Assembly: GCA_963833985.1 (NCBI GenBank)
Contig: CAWIAD010000002.1
Coordinates: forward strand, 2,208,001 to 2,272,000
Source: an uncultured Planctomycetaceae bacterium
Lineage (GTDB): Bacteria > Planctomycetota > Planctomycetia > Isosphaerales > Isosphaeraceae
Reading direction: 5' to 3'
DNA length: 64,000 bases
Positions 43,930 to 53,712 of the stretch are shown here, piece by piece. A program made the translations under genes and the position numbers. Within the stretch, counting starts at the first letter, position 1. The number at the start of each line of letters is the position of its first letter. Below the pieces are notes generated by a model. It saw only the letters and a list, made by a program, of their open reading frames with translations. It made no database searches and was not told where the DNA came from.

Positions 43930-45378
43930 GTGATGGGGACGGATCGACCCCGAACTCTGGGCGAATTACGGGCAAGCGGCTATCGCATGGAGTCGGTGAA
44001 GGACGAGATGAGACGCAACCTCGTCCAGAAGCTGCGCACGGGCGAATCGCTTTTCCCTGACATCCTCGGCTATGAAGAGACCGTGGTCCCGCAGATTCAG
44101 AACGCGATTCTCTCGCGGCATGACATGCTGCTGCTGGGATTGCGCGGACAGGCCAAGACGCGGATGCTCCGGCAACTGGTACATCTGCTCGACGAATTCC
44201 TGCCGGTCGTGGCCGGCTCCGAGCTGAACGACCATCCATTCCACCCGATCTCGAAGTACGCGCGCGACCTGGTGGCCAAGGAGGGGGATGCAACGCCCAT
44301 CGCCTGGATTCGCCGCGAACAGCGCTATCATGAAAAGCTGGCCACGCCCGACGTGACGATCGCCGACCTGATCGGCGAGGTGGACATGATCAAGCACGCC
44401 GAGGGCCGCTACCTTTCGAGCGAGCTGACCATGCACTTCGGGCTGATTCCGCGCACCAACCGCGGTATCTTCTGCATCAACGAACTGCCCGACCTGGCAC
44501 CCAAGATCCAGGTGGGCCTGTTCAACGTCCTCGAGGAGCGCGACATCCAGATCCGCGGCTACCCGATCCGCCTTGAACTCGATGTTTGCATGGTCTTCTC
44601 CGCCAATCCGGAAGACTACACCAACCGCGGCCGGATTGTCACGCCGCTGAAGGACCGCATCGGCTCGGTCGTCCGCACGCATTACCCGCTCACGCGCGAG
44701 ATCGGCATCGCCATCAGCGAGCAGAACGCCTGGCTCGACCGCGACACGGGCGACGGTCCGGCGCGGCCGGCGCTCGCCGTCCCGATCTACGTCAAGGAGG
44801 TGGTCGAGGAGATCTCACGGTTGGCTCGGACCTCGCCGCACGTGAACCAGCAATCGGGCGTCTCGGTGCGGATGTCGATCGCGAACCTGGAGAACGTGGT
44901 CTCGAACGCCGAGCGGCGTTCCCTGGTGCATGGCGAGAACTGGATCATCCCGCGCGTCTCCGACCTTGGCTTCACCGCATCCAGCTCACGCGGGAAGCTG
45001 GAACTGGCAATGAACGAGGAAGACGGCCACGAGGACAAGCTGATCGGCCGGATCATGGGTGAGGCGGTCAAGAACATCTTCGGTGCTCACTTCGACGTCC
45101 GCGAGTTCAAGCCCATGGTCGAATACTTCGAAGGCGGCCAGAACGTCGAGATCGGCGACATGCTACCGACGAAGGCCGTTCTGGAACGCATTGCCAAGGT
45201 CCCCGGCTTGCGCAAGCGCGCCGAGGAGATCGCCGCGAACCTGCTTCCCGACCTGAAGGATCGCGAGGCGCGCGAGGCCGCCACGGCGAGCGCAGCGGAG
45301 TTCATCCTGGAAGGCCTGCACGTGCATAACAAGCTGAACAAGGCGGCCAAGACGGGCGGATCGACCTACAGGCGATAA
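43930..45378 (+). CDS. Mg-chelatase-like AAA+ ATPase
   Basis: GLRGQAKT Walker A variant, INELPDL Walker B variant, SANPEDYTNRGRIVTPLKDR. Confidence 0.88.
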   Translation: MMGTDRPRTLGELRASGYRMESVKDEMRRNLVQKLRTGESLFPDILGYEETVVPQIQNAILSRHDMLLLGLRGQAKTRMLRQLVHLLDEFLPVVAGSELNDHPFHPISKYARDLVAKEGDATPIAWIRREQRYHEKLATPDVTIADLIGEVDMIKHAEGRYLSSELTMHFGLIPRTNRGIFCINELPDLAPKIQVGLFNVLEERDIQIRGYPIRLELDVCMVFSANPEDYTNRGRIVTPLKDRIGSVVRTHYPLTREIGIAISEQNAWLDRDTGDGPARPALAVPIYVKEVVEEISRLARTSPHVNQQSGVSVRMSIANLENVVSNAERRSLVHGENWIIPRVSDLGFTASSSRGKLELAMNEEDGHEDKLIGRIMGEAVKNIFGAHFDVREFKPMVEYFEGGQNVEIGDMLPTKAVLERIAKVPGLRKRAEEIAANLLPDLKDREAREAATASAAEFILEGLHVHNKLNKAAKTGGSTYRR

Positions 45379-45423
45379 ACAAGAATCGCGGAAATTCAAA
45401 GGTGGCTGCCGGCCACTCACCGG

Positions 45424-46575
45424 ATGGTGTTCATGTCGCTCTTCGAGTACTCGAAATGGGACGGATCGCACGAATTCCTGCCCCAGTCGGCCGACAAGCT
45501 GTTCGAACAACTTTCGGAGTACCTGCTTCAGTACGGTGAGGACGTGCTGCGCAACCTCGAGGACGTCGCTGAAGACGACCTGCCGGAAGTGATCAAGCTG
45601 ATCGAGAAAGAGGGGCTGATCGAGCGCGACGAGGAGGGCCAGTGGGTCGTCACGCCCAAGGGCATCCGCAAAATTCAGAACAAGGCCCTGGATGATCTCT
45701 TCCAGACGATGCGGCGCGACGGCCTGGGCCGGCACGACACCGAGCAGAAGGGCGAGGGGACCGTCAAGCTCGAGGATACGAGGCCCTACGTCTACGGCGA
45801 CTCCCTGGCCAACATCAACATGCACGAGACGCTCAAGAACGCCTACGTGCGGCAGGGTGGTGGGGTGCCCATCCGCTTGCAGCATGAGGATTACGTGGTG
45901 CACGAGACCGAGTACCAGTCGCGCTGCGCCACGGTGGTGCTCATCGATATGAGCGGCTCGATGGGCCGTTACGGCAAGTACACCACGACCAAGAAGGTAG
46001 CGATTGCCTTGCAGGCCATGGTCCGTGCCCAGTATCCGCAAGACGCGATCGAGATGATCGGCTTTTACACCTTCGCCAGCCCGATGACCGAGCGGCAGCT
46101 TCTGAACTCGGCACCCAAGCCGGTAAGCATGTACGACAGCCGGATCCACCTGCGGTTCGACATGGACGCCCCGCCGAAGCGGGTGCCGCAGCATTTCACC
46201 AACATCCACGCCGGGCTTCGGCTGGCCCGCAGCCGGCTCATGAGGCAGCCGGCAAACAACAAGCAGATCATCGTCATCACCGACGGCGAGCCCACGGCGC
46301 ACATCGAGGGCCGCGAGGTGGTGCTGATCTACCCTCCTGCCGAGAAGACCGCCACGCACACACTCCACGAGGTCCGACAGTGCGCCAGCGCGGGCATCCG
46401 CGTCTCCAGCTTCGCCCTCATCGAGGACTACTTCTATCTGGGCCTCGTCAACTTCGTGCAGGAGATGGCGCGTGTCTCCGGCGGCGTCGCCGCGTACTGC
46501 TCGGTGGACGACCTGGGCAAGCTCGTCTTCGAGAGCTTTGTCGGCGGCCGGCATACCAGGCGGTACAATCAATAA
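45424..46575 (+). CDS. VWA domain protein (probable partner of the AAA ATPase)
   Basis: DMSGSM MIDAS motif, FTNIHAGL, ITDGEPTA. Confidence 0.9.
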   Translation: MVFMSLFEYSKWDGSHEFLPQSADKLFEQLSEYLLQYGEDVLRNLEDVAEDDLPEVIKLIEKEGLIERDEEGQWVVTPKGIRKIQNKALDDLFQTMRRDGLGRHDTEQKGEGTVKLEDTRPYVYGDSLANINMHETLKNAYVRQGGGVPIRLQHEDYVVHETEYQSRCATVVLIDMSGSMGRYGKYTTTKKVAIALQAMVRAQYPQDAIEMIGFYTFASPMTERQLLNSAPKPVSMYDSRIHLRFDMDAPPKRVPQHFTNIHAGLRLARSRLMRQPANNKQIIVITDGEPTAHIEGREVVLIYPPAEKTATHTLHEVRQCASAGIRVSSFALIEDYFYLGLVNFVQEMARVSGGVAAYCSVDDLGKLVFESFVGGRHTRRYNQ

Positions 46576-46860
46576 TTTTGAGAGTGTTCACGACACTCGT
46601 TTGCGGGTCCCCGAGTGATTGCGCCAGCGCCCGCGGCGTCATTGGCCTTCCGGGCGACCGGGATCAGAGGGCCGGCTGAAGCATGCGGCGACATCGATCT
46701 GACGGGATGTCGCGCGGCGAGCGCACGGGTGGCGCCTGCCAGCATGTCGCTGTGCATCCGGATGACAAGGACGATCTGAGCGAGGCCCGCATGGGGCTGT
46801 CCGGGGGCTTCTTCTGCCCCCGCGGTCGCAGCACCGGAGTGCCTTTGCTGGGCCACCGGC

Positions 46861-46875
46861 GGCATCGGGTTTGCA
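46861..46875 (+). promoter_or_regulatory. Candidate sigma-54 (-24/-12) promoter
   Basis: GGCATCGGGTTTGCA has GG-N10-GC spacing and matches GGCAy-N5-TTGCW; ~85 nt upstream of the stress-protein gene. Confidence 0.5.
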
Positions 46876-46959
46876 CTAATTTCTTGATGAAACCGGTTTC
46901 CGATGTTCGCAATCAGGGAGCTCCAGCGCGGGCTTCTTTCAGCACCCAGGAGGAATCTC

Positions 46960-47988
46960 ATGACAGCAGCCAGACAACGCACCACAGTTGTCGGAATCTT
47001 CGAGGATCGCGAGAGAGCCAATGAGGCCGTCAGCGAGCTGATGAAATCGGGGTTTCGCCAGGACCAGATCGGCGTCGCGATGCGGGACGCCGAACGGCGC
47101 GGCGACACGACCACAACCACAACCGGGGCCGCCGATGAGTCGCATTCCGGCTCCGGGGCAATGGCCGGTGCACTCACCGGACTGGGCCTCGGTACGCTCG
47201 CGGGGCTGGGGGTTCTGGCCGGAGTGATACCGGTCGTCGGTCCAGCGATCGCTGGCGGCACGCTTGGAATCATCCTTTCCAATGCGGCCGCGGGAGCCGG
47301 CATCGCGGGCCTGGCCGGCGCACTCATCGGAGCCGGCGTACCGGAGCACGAAGCCCGGTACTATGACGAGGAGTTCCAGGCAGGGCGCACCATCGTCACC
47401 GTCACCGCCGATGGCATGGCGGACGAGGCGATGGCAATCCTCCGGAAGTACGGCGCGTACGACGTGACCAACCGCAACGAGCTGGCGGACAGGACGAGCC
47501 ACGCCGAGACCCGAACCGCCGGCGCCGCCGCGGCGACGGCCCAGCCGGCTGCCCATCGTCAGACTGGTACCGAGGGCGACTCGTTCCAGGTCAAGGAGGA
47601 GAGGCTTCATGCGCAGAAGCACCCGGTGGAGACGGGATCCGTCAACGTGCGCAAGGAGGTACACACCGAAACCCGGACCATGGAAGTTCCCGTCCAGCGT
47701 GAGGAGGTGATTGTCGAGCGGAACCCGGTGCACGGCCGTGCCGCGACCGAGGGCGTAGCCGGCGACATTCGCGAGGGCGAGGAGATCCGCGTTCCGGTGC
47801 GCGAGGAGCACGTCACCGTGACCAAGGAACCCGTCGTGACCGAGGAAGTCCGGGTTGGCAAGCGGACGGTGCAGGATTCCGAGCGCGTCTCGGGCGAGGT
47901 GCGCAAGGAGGAGGTCAAGGTCGAGAAGACCGGCAACGTCGATGTCAAGAATCGAGGCGCCGGCACCAGGGGCCCCGGCACCACGTGA
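46960..47988 (+). CDS. General stress protein (YflT-like/glycine zipper) fused to YsnF/AvaK (DUF2382) domain
   Basis: AGGAGG RBS; VVGIFEDRERA..AV..L...GF; Gly-rich hairpin; KEERLHAQKH..ETGSVNVRKEVHTE..EVPVQREEV. Confidence 0.85.
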   Translation: MTAARQRTTVVGIFEDRERANEAVSELMKSGFRQDQIGVAMRDAERRGDTTTTTTGAADESHSGSGAMAGALTGLGLGTLAGLGVLAGVIPVVGPAIAGGTLGIILSNAAAGAGIAGLAGALIGAGVPEHEARYYDEEFQAGRTIVTVTADGMADEAMAILRKYGAYDVTNRNELADRTSHAETRTAGAAAATAQPAAHRQTGTEGDSFQVKEERLHAQKHPVETGSVNVRKEVHTETRTMEVPVQREEVIVERNPVHGRAATEGVAGDIREGEEIRVPVREEHVTVTKEPVVTEEVRVGKRTVQDSERVSGEVRKEEVKVEKTGNVDVKNRGAGTRGPGTT

Positions 47989-48079
47989 GCTCGGCAATGG
48001 CACTCGCGCGGTCGATCGCAGGTCGGCCGCCGTTGCATTACGCAAGCCGCTTGCAAGCGCGTGATGGTTTGCGCAATGG

Positions 48080-48110
48080 AAGAACGGGGAGCGATCGCGC
48101 CCCCGTTCTT
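48080..48110. terminator. Hairpin between convergent genes
   Basis: AAGAACGGGG / CCCCGTTCTT perfect 10-bp stem. Confidence 0.55.
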
Positions 48111-48128
48111 GACTCTCATTCGGTCTCG

Positions 48129-48353
48129 TCAGTCGAGGGTTGCGATGTACCCGCTGATCACGCTCAGGAGGCGGCCCACTTCCTCGGTATCGAGATTCGC
48201 GTTGTGACTGACGGCGAACTCGCGCTCGCCGTCCCAGTGGCGCTCCCTGGCGCCGCCGACGGCGTGAACGACGACGCCCTGGAACGTGGTTCGCCTCAGG
48301 AGCTCGTCGATCAGGTCCTGCGTGGCGAAGAGTTCGATTTCACCCGCGTTCAT
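48129..48353 (-). CDS. Small hypothetical protein (74 aa)
   Basis: AAGGAG RBS; host-like codon usage; MNAGEIELFATQDLIDELLRR. Confidence 0.6.
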   Translation of the reverse strand: MNAGEIELFATQDLIDELLRRTTFQGVVVHAVGGARERHWDGEREFAVSHNANLDTEEVGRLLSVISGYIATLD

Positions 48354-48496
48354 CGGCTCTCCTTGTTGAATCCGGGGACCGGCTACGTCCCCATGCCCTC
48401 GCCGCCTCCCTGCTGTCTCTCCAGCGGCTCCAGATCCTATCATGGCGGCCGTACCGCGGTACAGGCGGGATTGGCACCGTGATCGTGAAGCTGGGC

Positions 48497-50452
48497 TCAG
48501 ATGCGCGGCAAGCCCAGGAGGGCAGCCAGCACGTTGTAATCCACGGGCTTGACCAGATGATGGTCGAACCCCGCCTCGCGTGAAAGCTTGCGGTCCTCGG
48601 GGTTGCCGTAGCCGGTGATCGCGATGATCGTGGAACCAGCCAGTCCCTGCCGGCGAACCCGCCGGGCGACCTCGTAGCCGTCCAGCCCCGGCAGGCCGAT
48701 GTCCAGCAGGATGATCTCCGGACGCGTGGCCAGAGCCGCGGCGATGGCGGAGTGGCCTTCGTGTGCCGTCGCGACCTTGTGCCCCATCAGCTCCAGTAGC
48801 TGGGCCAGTGCGATGGCCGTGTCCTCGTTATCGTCCACGATCAAGAAGCTCATGGGGCGATCGGCGACCGGCGTGCCGCGTGCACCCGGCCGGCTTTCCT
48901 CGGGCGGATGCGGTTCGCTCGGAATCCTCACGGTGAACTCGCTGCCGCGGCCGGGACCTGCGCTGAATGCTTCCGCAGAACCGCCGTGAAGCTCGGCCAG
49001 GTGTTTGACCACGGTCAGGCCAATCCCCAGCCCGCCTTCCGATCTGGCGATTGTGCGGTCGCCCTGCGCGAAGAGTTCGAAGACGTGTGCGATTGTCTCC
49101 GGCGGCATGCCGATGCCGGTATCCTTGACGGAAAAGACCGTCTGGCCGGGCTCCGCGCGAGCGCTCAGCGAGACCATTCCCCCGGCCGCGGTGTAACGCG
49201 AGGCGTTGGTCAGCAGGTTGACCAGGATCTGTTCCACGCGCGTCGGGTCGACATCGCACCAGAGCACCTCCGGCTCGCACGAGGCCGAAAGGTCTTGCTG
49301 CTTGGCGATGAACTGCGGCCGGACCGCCTCGATGGCGCTGGCGACGATGCGGGCTCCGTCGACGCGCTGTTTCCGCAGCTCGATGCTGCCGCGTGTGATC
49401 CGCGAGACGTCGAGCAGGTCGTCGATCATCCGAGCGAGGTGCTCGACCTGCCGCTCGATGACCTTCTGAAATCGCTCCGACTGGTCGCCGCTGATCTGGG
49501 GCATGCGCAGAAGGCGAATGGCGTGGGCGACGGCGGCAAGCGGGTTCCGCAGCTCGTGAGCCAGCATCGCCAGGAACTCGTTCTTGCGGCGATCGGCCTC
49601 GATGAGCCGCACCGCGCGGTCGTGCAGCTCGCGCTCGAGCTTTCTGCGGTCGCCGATGTCATGGAAGATCAGCACGGTGCCTCGGATCTCGCCGCCCTCC
49701 TCGCGGATGGGGGCGGCGGTGTCGTCGATGGCATGCTCCGTACCGTCCCGGGCCACCAGCACGGTGTGATCGGCGAGACCGACTGTCTCGCCATCGCGTA
49801 GTGCCTGCGCCACCGGGTTCTCGACGCTGCTTCGCGAGTCCTCGTTGACAATCCGGAACACCCGCGCGAGCGGAACGCCCTCGGCTTCGGCCTGGGACCA
49901 GCCGGTGAGCTTCTCGGCGACGCGGTTCATGAAGATCACCCGACCGGCGGTGTCCGTCGCAATCACTCCGTCGCCCATGCTGGCAAGGGTCACGCTCAGC
50001 CACTTGCGTTGCTCGTGGAGCTTTTGCTCGGCGAGCGTCCGGCGATGGATCTCCTGGCTCAGCTCGTCGATCTTCTGGTTCAGTGCAAGAAACTGGCTGC
50101 TCGTGGCTGCCCTGGGAATCAGCCGCAGGACAAGCACGGCCTCGCCATGCGGCGTCGCGGGGTCCAGCAATGCGCCATAGGCGCGACAGAAGGTTGCGTC
50201 GCCATTCTTGCCTGCAACACCCAGGGCTCCCGGCACGTTGTCCGTGGTTCGCGAGCACAGTCTCAGGTAGGCAGCCAGGCTTTCCGGAGGGCCCACGACA
50301 AAGTCGGCGAGCGGCTGGTCCTGGAGCTCGTGCGGCTGCCGGCCGAAGAGTTCACTCGCCCTGCGATTCAGGGACTTGATGCGACCGCCCGAGAGCAAGA
50401 TCATGGCGTCCGGCAAGAGCTCGGAAAGACGGCCGGCGAGTTCAGTAGACAT
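48497..50452 (-). CDS. PAS-PAS hybrid sensor histidine kinase/receiver
   Basis: AMLAHELRNPL (H box), NLLTNA, DTGIG, GGLGIGL, receiver IVDDN..LLDIGLP..HLVKP. Confidence 0.93.
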   Translation of the reverse strand: MSTELAGRLSELLPDAMILLSGGRIKSLNRRASELFGRQPHELQDQPLADFVVGPPESLAAYLRLCSRTTDNVPGALGVAGKNGDATFCRAYGALLDPATPHGEAVLVLRLIPRAATSSQFLALNQKIDELSQEIHRRTLAEQKLHEQRKWLSVTLASMGDGVIATDTAGRVIFMNRVAEKLTGWSQAEAEGVPLARVFRIVNEDSRSSVENPVAQALRDGETVGLADHTVLVARDGTEHAIDDTAAPIREEGGEIRGTVLIFHDIGDRRKLERELHDRAVRLIEADRRKNEFLAMLAHELRNPLAAVAHAIRLLRMPQISGDQSERFQKVIERQVEHLARMIDDLLDVSRITRGSIELRKQRVDGARIVASAIEAVRPQFIAKQQDLSASCEPEVLWCDVDPTRVEQILVNLLTNASRYTAAGGMVSLSARAEPGQTVFSVKDTGIGMPPETIAHVFELFAQGDRTIARSEGGLGIGLTVVKHLAELHGGSAEAFSAGPGRGSEFTVRIPSEPHPPEESRPGARGTPVADRPMSFLIVDDNEDTAIALAQLLELMGHKVATAHEGHSAIAAALATRPEIILLDIGLPGLDGYEVARRVRRQGLAGSTIIAITGYGNPEDRKLSREAGFDHHLVKPVDYNVLAALLGLPRI

Positions 50453-50461
50453 GGCCTGACT

Positions 50462-51022
50462 TCACGCCTTGAAGTATTCCCGGCCGGGAGGACGTGCCGC
50501 GGAGGCCACCGGACGGAGATGAATGATCACCCGGCACTCCGTGTGGCCCTGGGCGATGGTCTCCTCGAGCACGACGCGAGCATATCCCAGATTGTCGGCC
50601 GCAATGCTGCCGAAGACGTTCGAGGTCATCATGCACATCGCCGGCCGGCCCAAGACCTTCTCGGCGAAGGGACACGTCCGGTTGCCGAAGATGATCTTCT
50701 CGTCGTCTTCCTCGATGATGTAGAAGTCTCCCTGGATCCTCCGTTTCAGGTCTATCAGCACTGCCGCCACCTGCGGCCGCGACAGAACCGGTAAGTCGAG
50801 CGCCGCCTTGTAGCTCGCGTTGATCTGTTCGCCGACCCGCTGGCCGACCACGCTCACGAAGCCCGACGCCTCCTCGAGACCCACAACGTCCTGAAGTGTT
50901 CCGGAAAGCTCGCGGATCAACGTCCGCAAGAACACGTCGCGCTCCAGGGGCACCGGTAGCTGTTGCAGTCGTTCCAGCGCGGTAGTGGAGTTTTCCTCGA
51001 TCGCGGTTGTCGCAGCGGTCAT
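50462..51022 (-). CDS. Methanogen output domain 1 (MetOD1, V4R-like) protein
   Basis: [54 protein letters not shown]. Confidence 0.8.
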   Translation of the reverse strand: MTAATTAIEENSTTALERLQQLPVPLERDVFLRTLIRELSGTLQDVVGLEEASGFVSVVGQRVGEQINASYKAALDLPVLSRPQVAAVLIDLKRRIQGDFYIIEEDDEKIIFGNRTCPFAEKVLGRPAMCMMTSNVFGSIAADNLGYARVVLEETIAQGHTECRVIIHLRPVASAARPPGREYFKA

Positions 51023-51425
51023 CTTGTCGCTCCCTATCCTTTAACTCCCATGAAATCGATTAAATCGCAGCATTCTCCACCGCGTCAAGAGAGAGACCAC
51101 GCCCGGACTCGATTGCCAGTCGAACCGTGAATGCGATCGCCCCGTTTCCCTGTACGGGCCACTCCCTGCAAGCGGCCCTGCCGGTGGAACCGGCACCCTC
51201 CGCCCTGCGCGTGTGTACAAGGAGACAAACCTCGGTCGCAGGTTGGCACCCGGGGTTGGAAACCGGCGCGCGCTGCACTCGCTCACGCATTGCACATTGG
51301 TGTGCATCGGAAAAGATACGTGTGACCTGTCGCGGCGCAAGCCGCACGCCGGCAGCCGAAGGCCCCGTTTCTTCGCGTGGACGCCTTCTCGGCACGCATG
51401 TTCATGTTCCAGAGCACGGCCAGGC

Positions 51426-51979
51426 ATGCACGCACAAGCCCCTCTCTCGGGACAGACCCTCGAACGGTACCGGGCGTACCTGTGGACCCTGGCGCATCCA
51501 GCTTGGCGGCAGTCGAGTGCTGACCGCCAGCCGCGACGGCACGGCGCAGTTTTGGGATGTCACGATGCGCATATCGCGTCAACCGGCGGGTGATTCGCCA
51601 TGACCAGGCGGTTCGCAACGCGGTCTTCAGCCCCGATGGCGAGCGCGTGGCGACCGCTGGCCTTGATGGAATTGCCCGGATCTGGGACGCGCTGACCGGC
51701 GAACCGCTCACACCCCGACTGGCGCACAAGTCGCGGCTGCTGAGCGTTGCGTTCACTCCCTCCGGAGACCGGCTGCTCACGGGTGACATGGACGGAATCG
51801 TCAAGCTCTGGACCCTGCCGCTGGATCGCCGCCCGCTGCTCGACGTGATTCAGCGCGCTCAGTTCCTCTCCGGTCACAAGATTGATGAGACCGGCGGACT
51901 GGTCCCGCTCTCCCCCTCTGAAGTAGTGGATGCCTGGCGCGCACTTCAAAGCGGCGGCGCGGAAAGCCCGCAAGAGTGA
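51426..51979 (+). pseudogene. Remnant: N-terminus of an ECF sigma factor joined to C-terminal WD40 repeats
   Basis: LERYRAYLWTLA(R)IQL (planctomycete ECF start) runs into RVLTASRDGTAQFWD, HDQAVRNAVFSPDGERVATAGLDGIARIWD and further WD40 units, with frameshifts. Confidence 0.6.
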
Positions 51980-52128
51980 TGAGCCGTTCGAACACCCGGC
52001 GCGCGTGTGGTGAGCCAGCCCGTCACGGGACCCGGCACGTCTTTTGCTTTCCTGGAGGCTGGGTCGTAGAGAGTCAGCCACCGCGAGGACGTCCTCGCAG
52101 GCAGCCTTCCGCCAGATCGAGAGCACGC

Positions 52129-53712
52129 ATGCCGCAGCAAACGTACGCGGAGAAGTCGCGCGACCGCGCCGGGCTGGTGCGCCGGTTGCGCGAGCATTTC
52201 GGGTTCCGCAGGTTCCGGCCCGGTCAGGAACGGGTCGTTCAGTCTGCCCTGGATGGGCGTGACACGCTCGTGATCATGCCCACGGGCTCCGGCAAGAGTC
52301 TTTGTTTTCAACTTCCCGCGCTGGTCATCGGGGGCACGACTGTTGTGGTCAGTCCGCTCATCGCCCTGATGAGGGACCAGGCCGAGGCGCTGCTGGCCCG
52401 GGGAATTGACGTCGTGGCGATCAACAGCACGATGTCCGCGGCCGAGCGGCGGGACGCCGAAGAGTCGATTGCGGCCCGGCGCTCCACCTTCATTTACACC
52501 ACGCCCGAGCAGCTCGCCGATCCGGAGTTCCGCGCCCTCCTGCACCGGGTGGACGTCGACCTGTTCGTCGTCGACGAGGCGCACTCGGTCAGCCAGTGGG
52601 GCCATGACTTTCGCCCCGAATACCTGGCGCTCGGGGCCGTCATCGAGGACCTTGGCCATCCGACGGTGCTGGCCCTCACGGCCACGGCAACGCAGGAAGT
52701 GATCGACGACGTCCTCGTGCAACTTCACATTCCCGACGCCGACGTCGTGCACACGGGATTCTACCGTTCCAACCTGCATCTGGGCGTACTGATTGCGGGC
52801 GACGAGGACGTGCGCCGCCAGCAGCTCATCGAGCAGATCGGAACGCAGCAAGGCAGCGGGATCGTCTATGTGGCCACGGTCAAGGCGCTCGGGGAGCTGG
52901 AAGAATTGCTCAGGAGCTCCGGCTGCCGCCTGACCACCTACCACGGCCGGATGAAGGCAGCCGACCGCGAAGAGAATCAGGATCGGTTCATGAATGGCGA
53001 TGTGCCGCTCATGATCGCGACCAATGCGTTCGGGATGGGTATCGACAAGCCCGACATTCGCTTCGTCATCCACGCCCATCTCCCCGGCACGATGGAGGCG
53101 TACTCGCAGGAATTTGGCCGCGCCGGCCGCGATGGCGAGCCCGCGCGGTGCACGCTGCTGTTCCGGGCCGAGGACCAGAGGTTGCATCGCTTTTTCCAGG
53201 CCGGCAGGTATCCCTCGGCCGAGGACCTCACCAACGCGCACCACGCATTGAAACGCCTGGCCGATGAGCCGCCCTTGCTTGGCGAAATCGAGGCCATCGC
53301 ACCGCTGCCCAGAACGCGCCTGAAGGCTGCGCTCAACCTGCTGCGCTCCCGGGGCGTGATCAAGGAAGACCTCTCGGGCCGGTATTTCTTGATCGAGCCC
53401 GAACTGACCATCGACGACATGACGCGGCTGGCGCGCGGCTACGAGGAGCGCGACGAGCGCGACCAGCTCAAGCTCCGCCAGCTCGTGGATTACGCCGAGT
53501 CCCGGCAGTGCCGCTGGCGTGTGCTGCTGGACTACTTCGGGCAGAGCAATGAGCTCTCGTCGGCCTGCGGCCATTGCGACAACTGCGCGGCCGGCTGGAC
53601 GGCGGCGCCCGGCGACGAACCAGGCAAGGCCGGCGCGGGGCGATCGGCTCCCAACGGTCACAAGCTGGAAGCGGACACCGGCGTCCAGGGGGTGAACGGC
53701 CCCATCGCGTGA
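52129..53712 (+). CDS. recQ: RecQ-family ATP-dependent DNA helicase
   Basis: MPTGSGKSLCFQ, DEAH, SQWGHDFRPEY, ALTATAT, QEFGRAGRDG, Zn motif CRW...CGHCDNC. Confidence 0.92.
   Translation: MPQQTYAEKSRDRAGLVRRLREHFGFRRFRPGQERVVQSALDGRDTLVIMPTGSGKSLCFQLPALVIGGTTVVVSPLIALMRDQAEALLARGIDVVAINSTMSAAERRDAEESIAARRSTFIYTTPEQLADPEFRALLHRVDVDLFVVDEAHSVSQWGHDFRPEYLALGAVIEDLGHPTVLALTATATQEVIDDVLVQLHIPDADVVHTGFYRSNLHLGVLIAGDEDVRRQQLIEQIGTQQGSGIVYVATVKALGELEELLRSSGCRLTTYHGRMKAADREENQDRFMNGDVPLMIATNAFGMGIDKPDIRFVIHAHLPGTMEAYSQEFGRAGRDGEPARCTLLFRAEDQRLHRFFQAGRYPSAEDLTNAHHALKRLADEPPLLGEIEAIAPLPRTRLKAALNLLRSRGVIKEDLSGRYFLIEPELTIDDMTRLARGYEERDERDQLKLRQLVDYAESRQCRWRVLLDYFGQSNELSSACGHCDNCAAGWTAAPGDEPGKAGAGRSAPNGHKLEADTGVQGVNGPIA

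Noticed and set aside
43930..45378. bchI/chlI implying (bacterio)chlorophyll synthesis
   Set aside because: It belongs to the widespread chelatase-like AAA + VWA pair; no photosynthesis genes are nearby.
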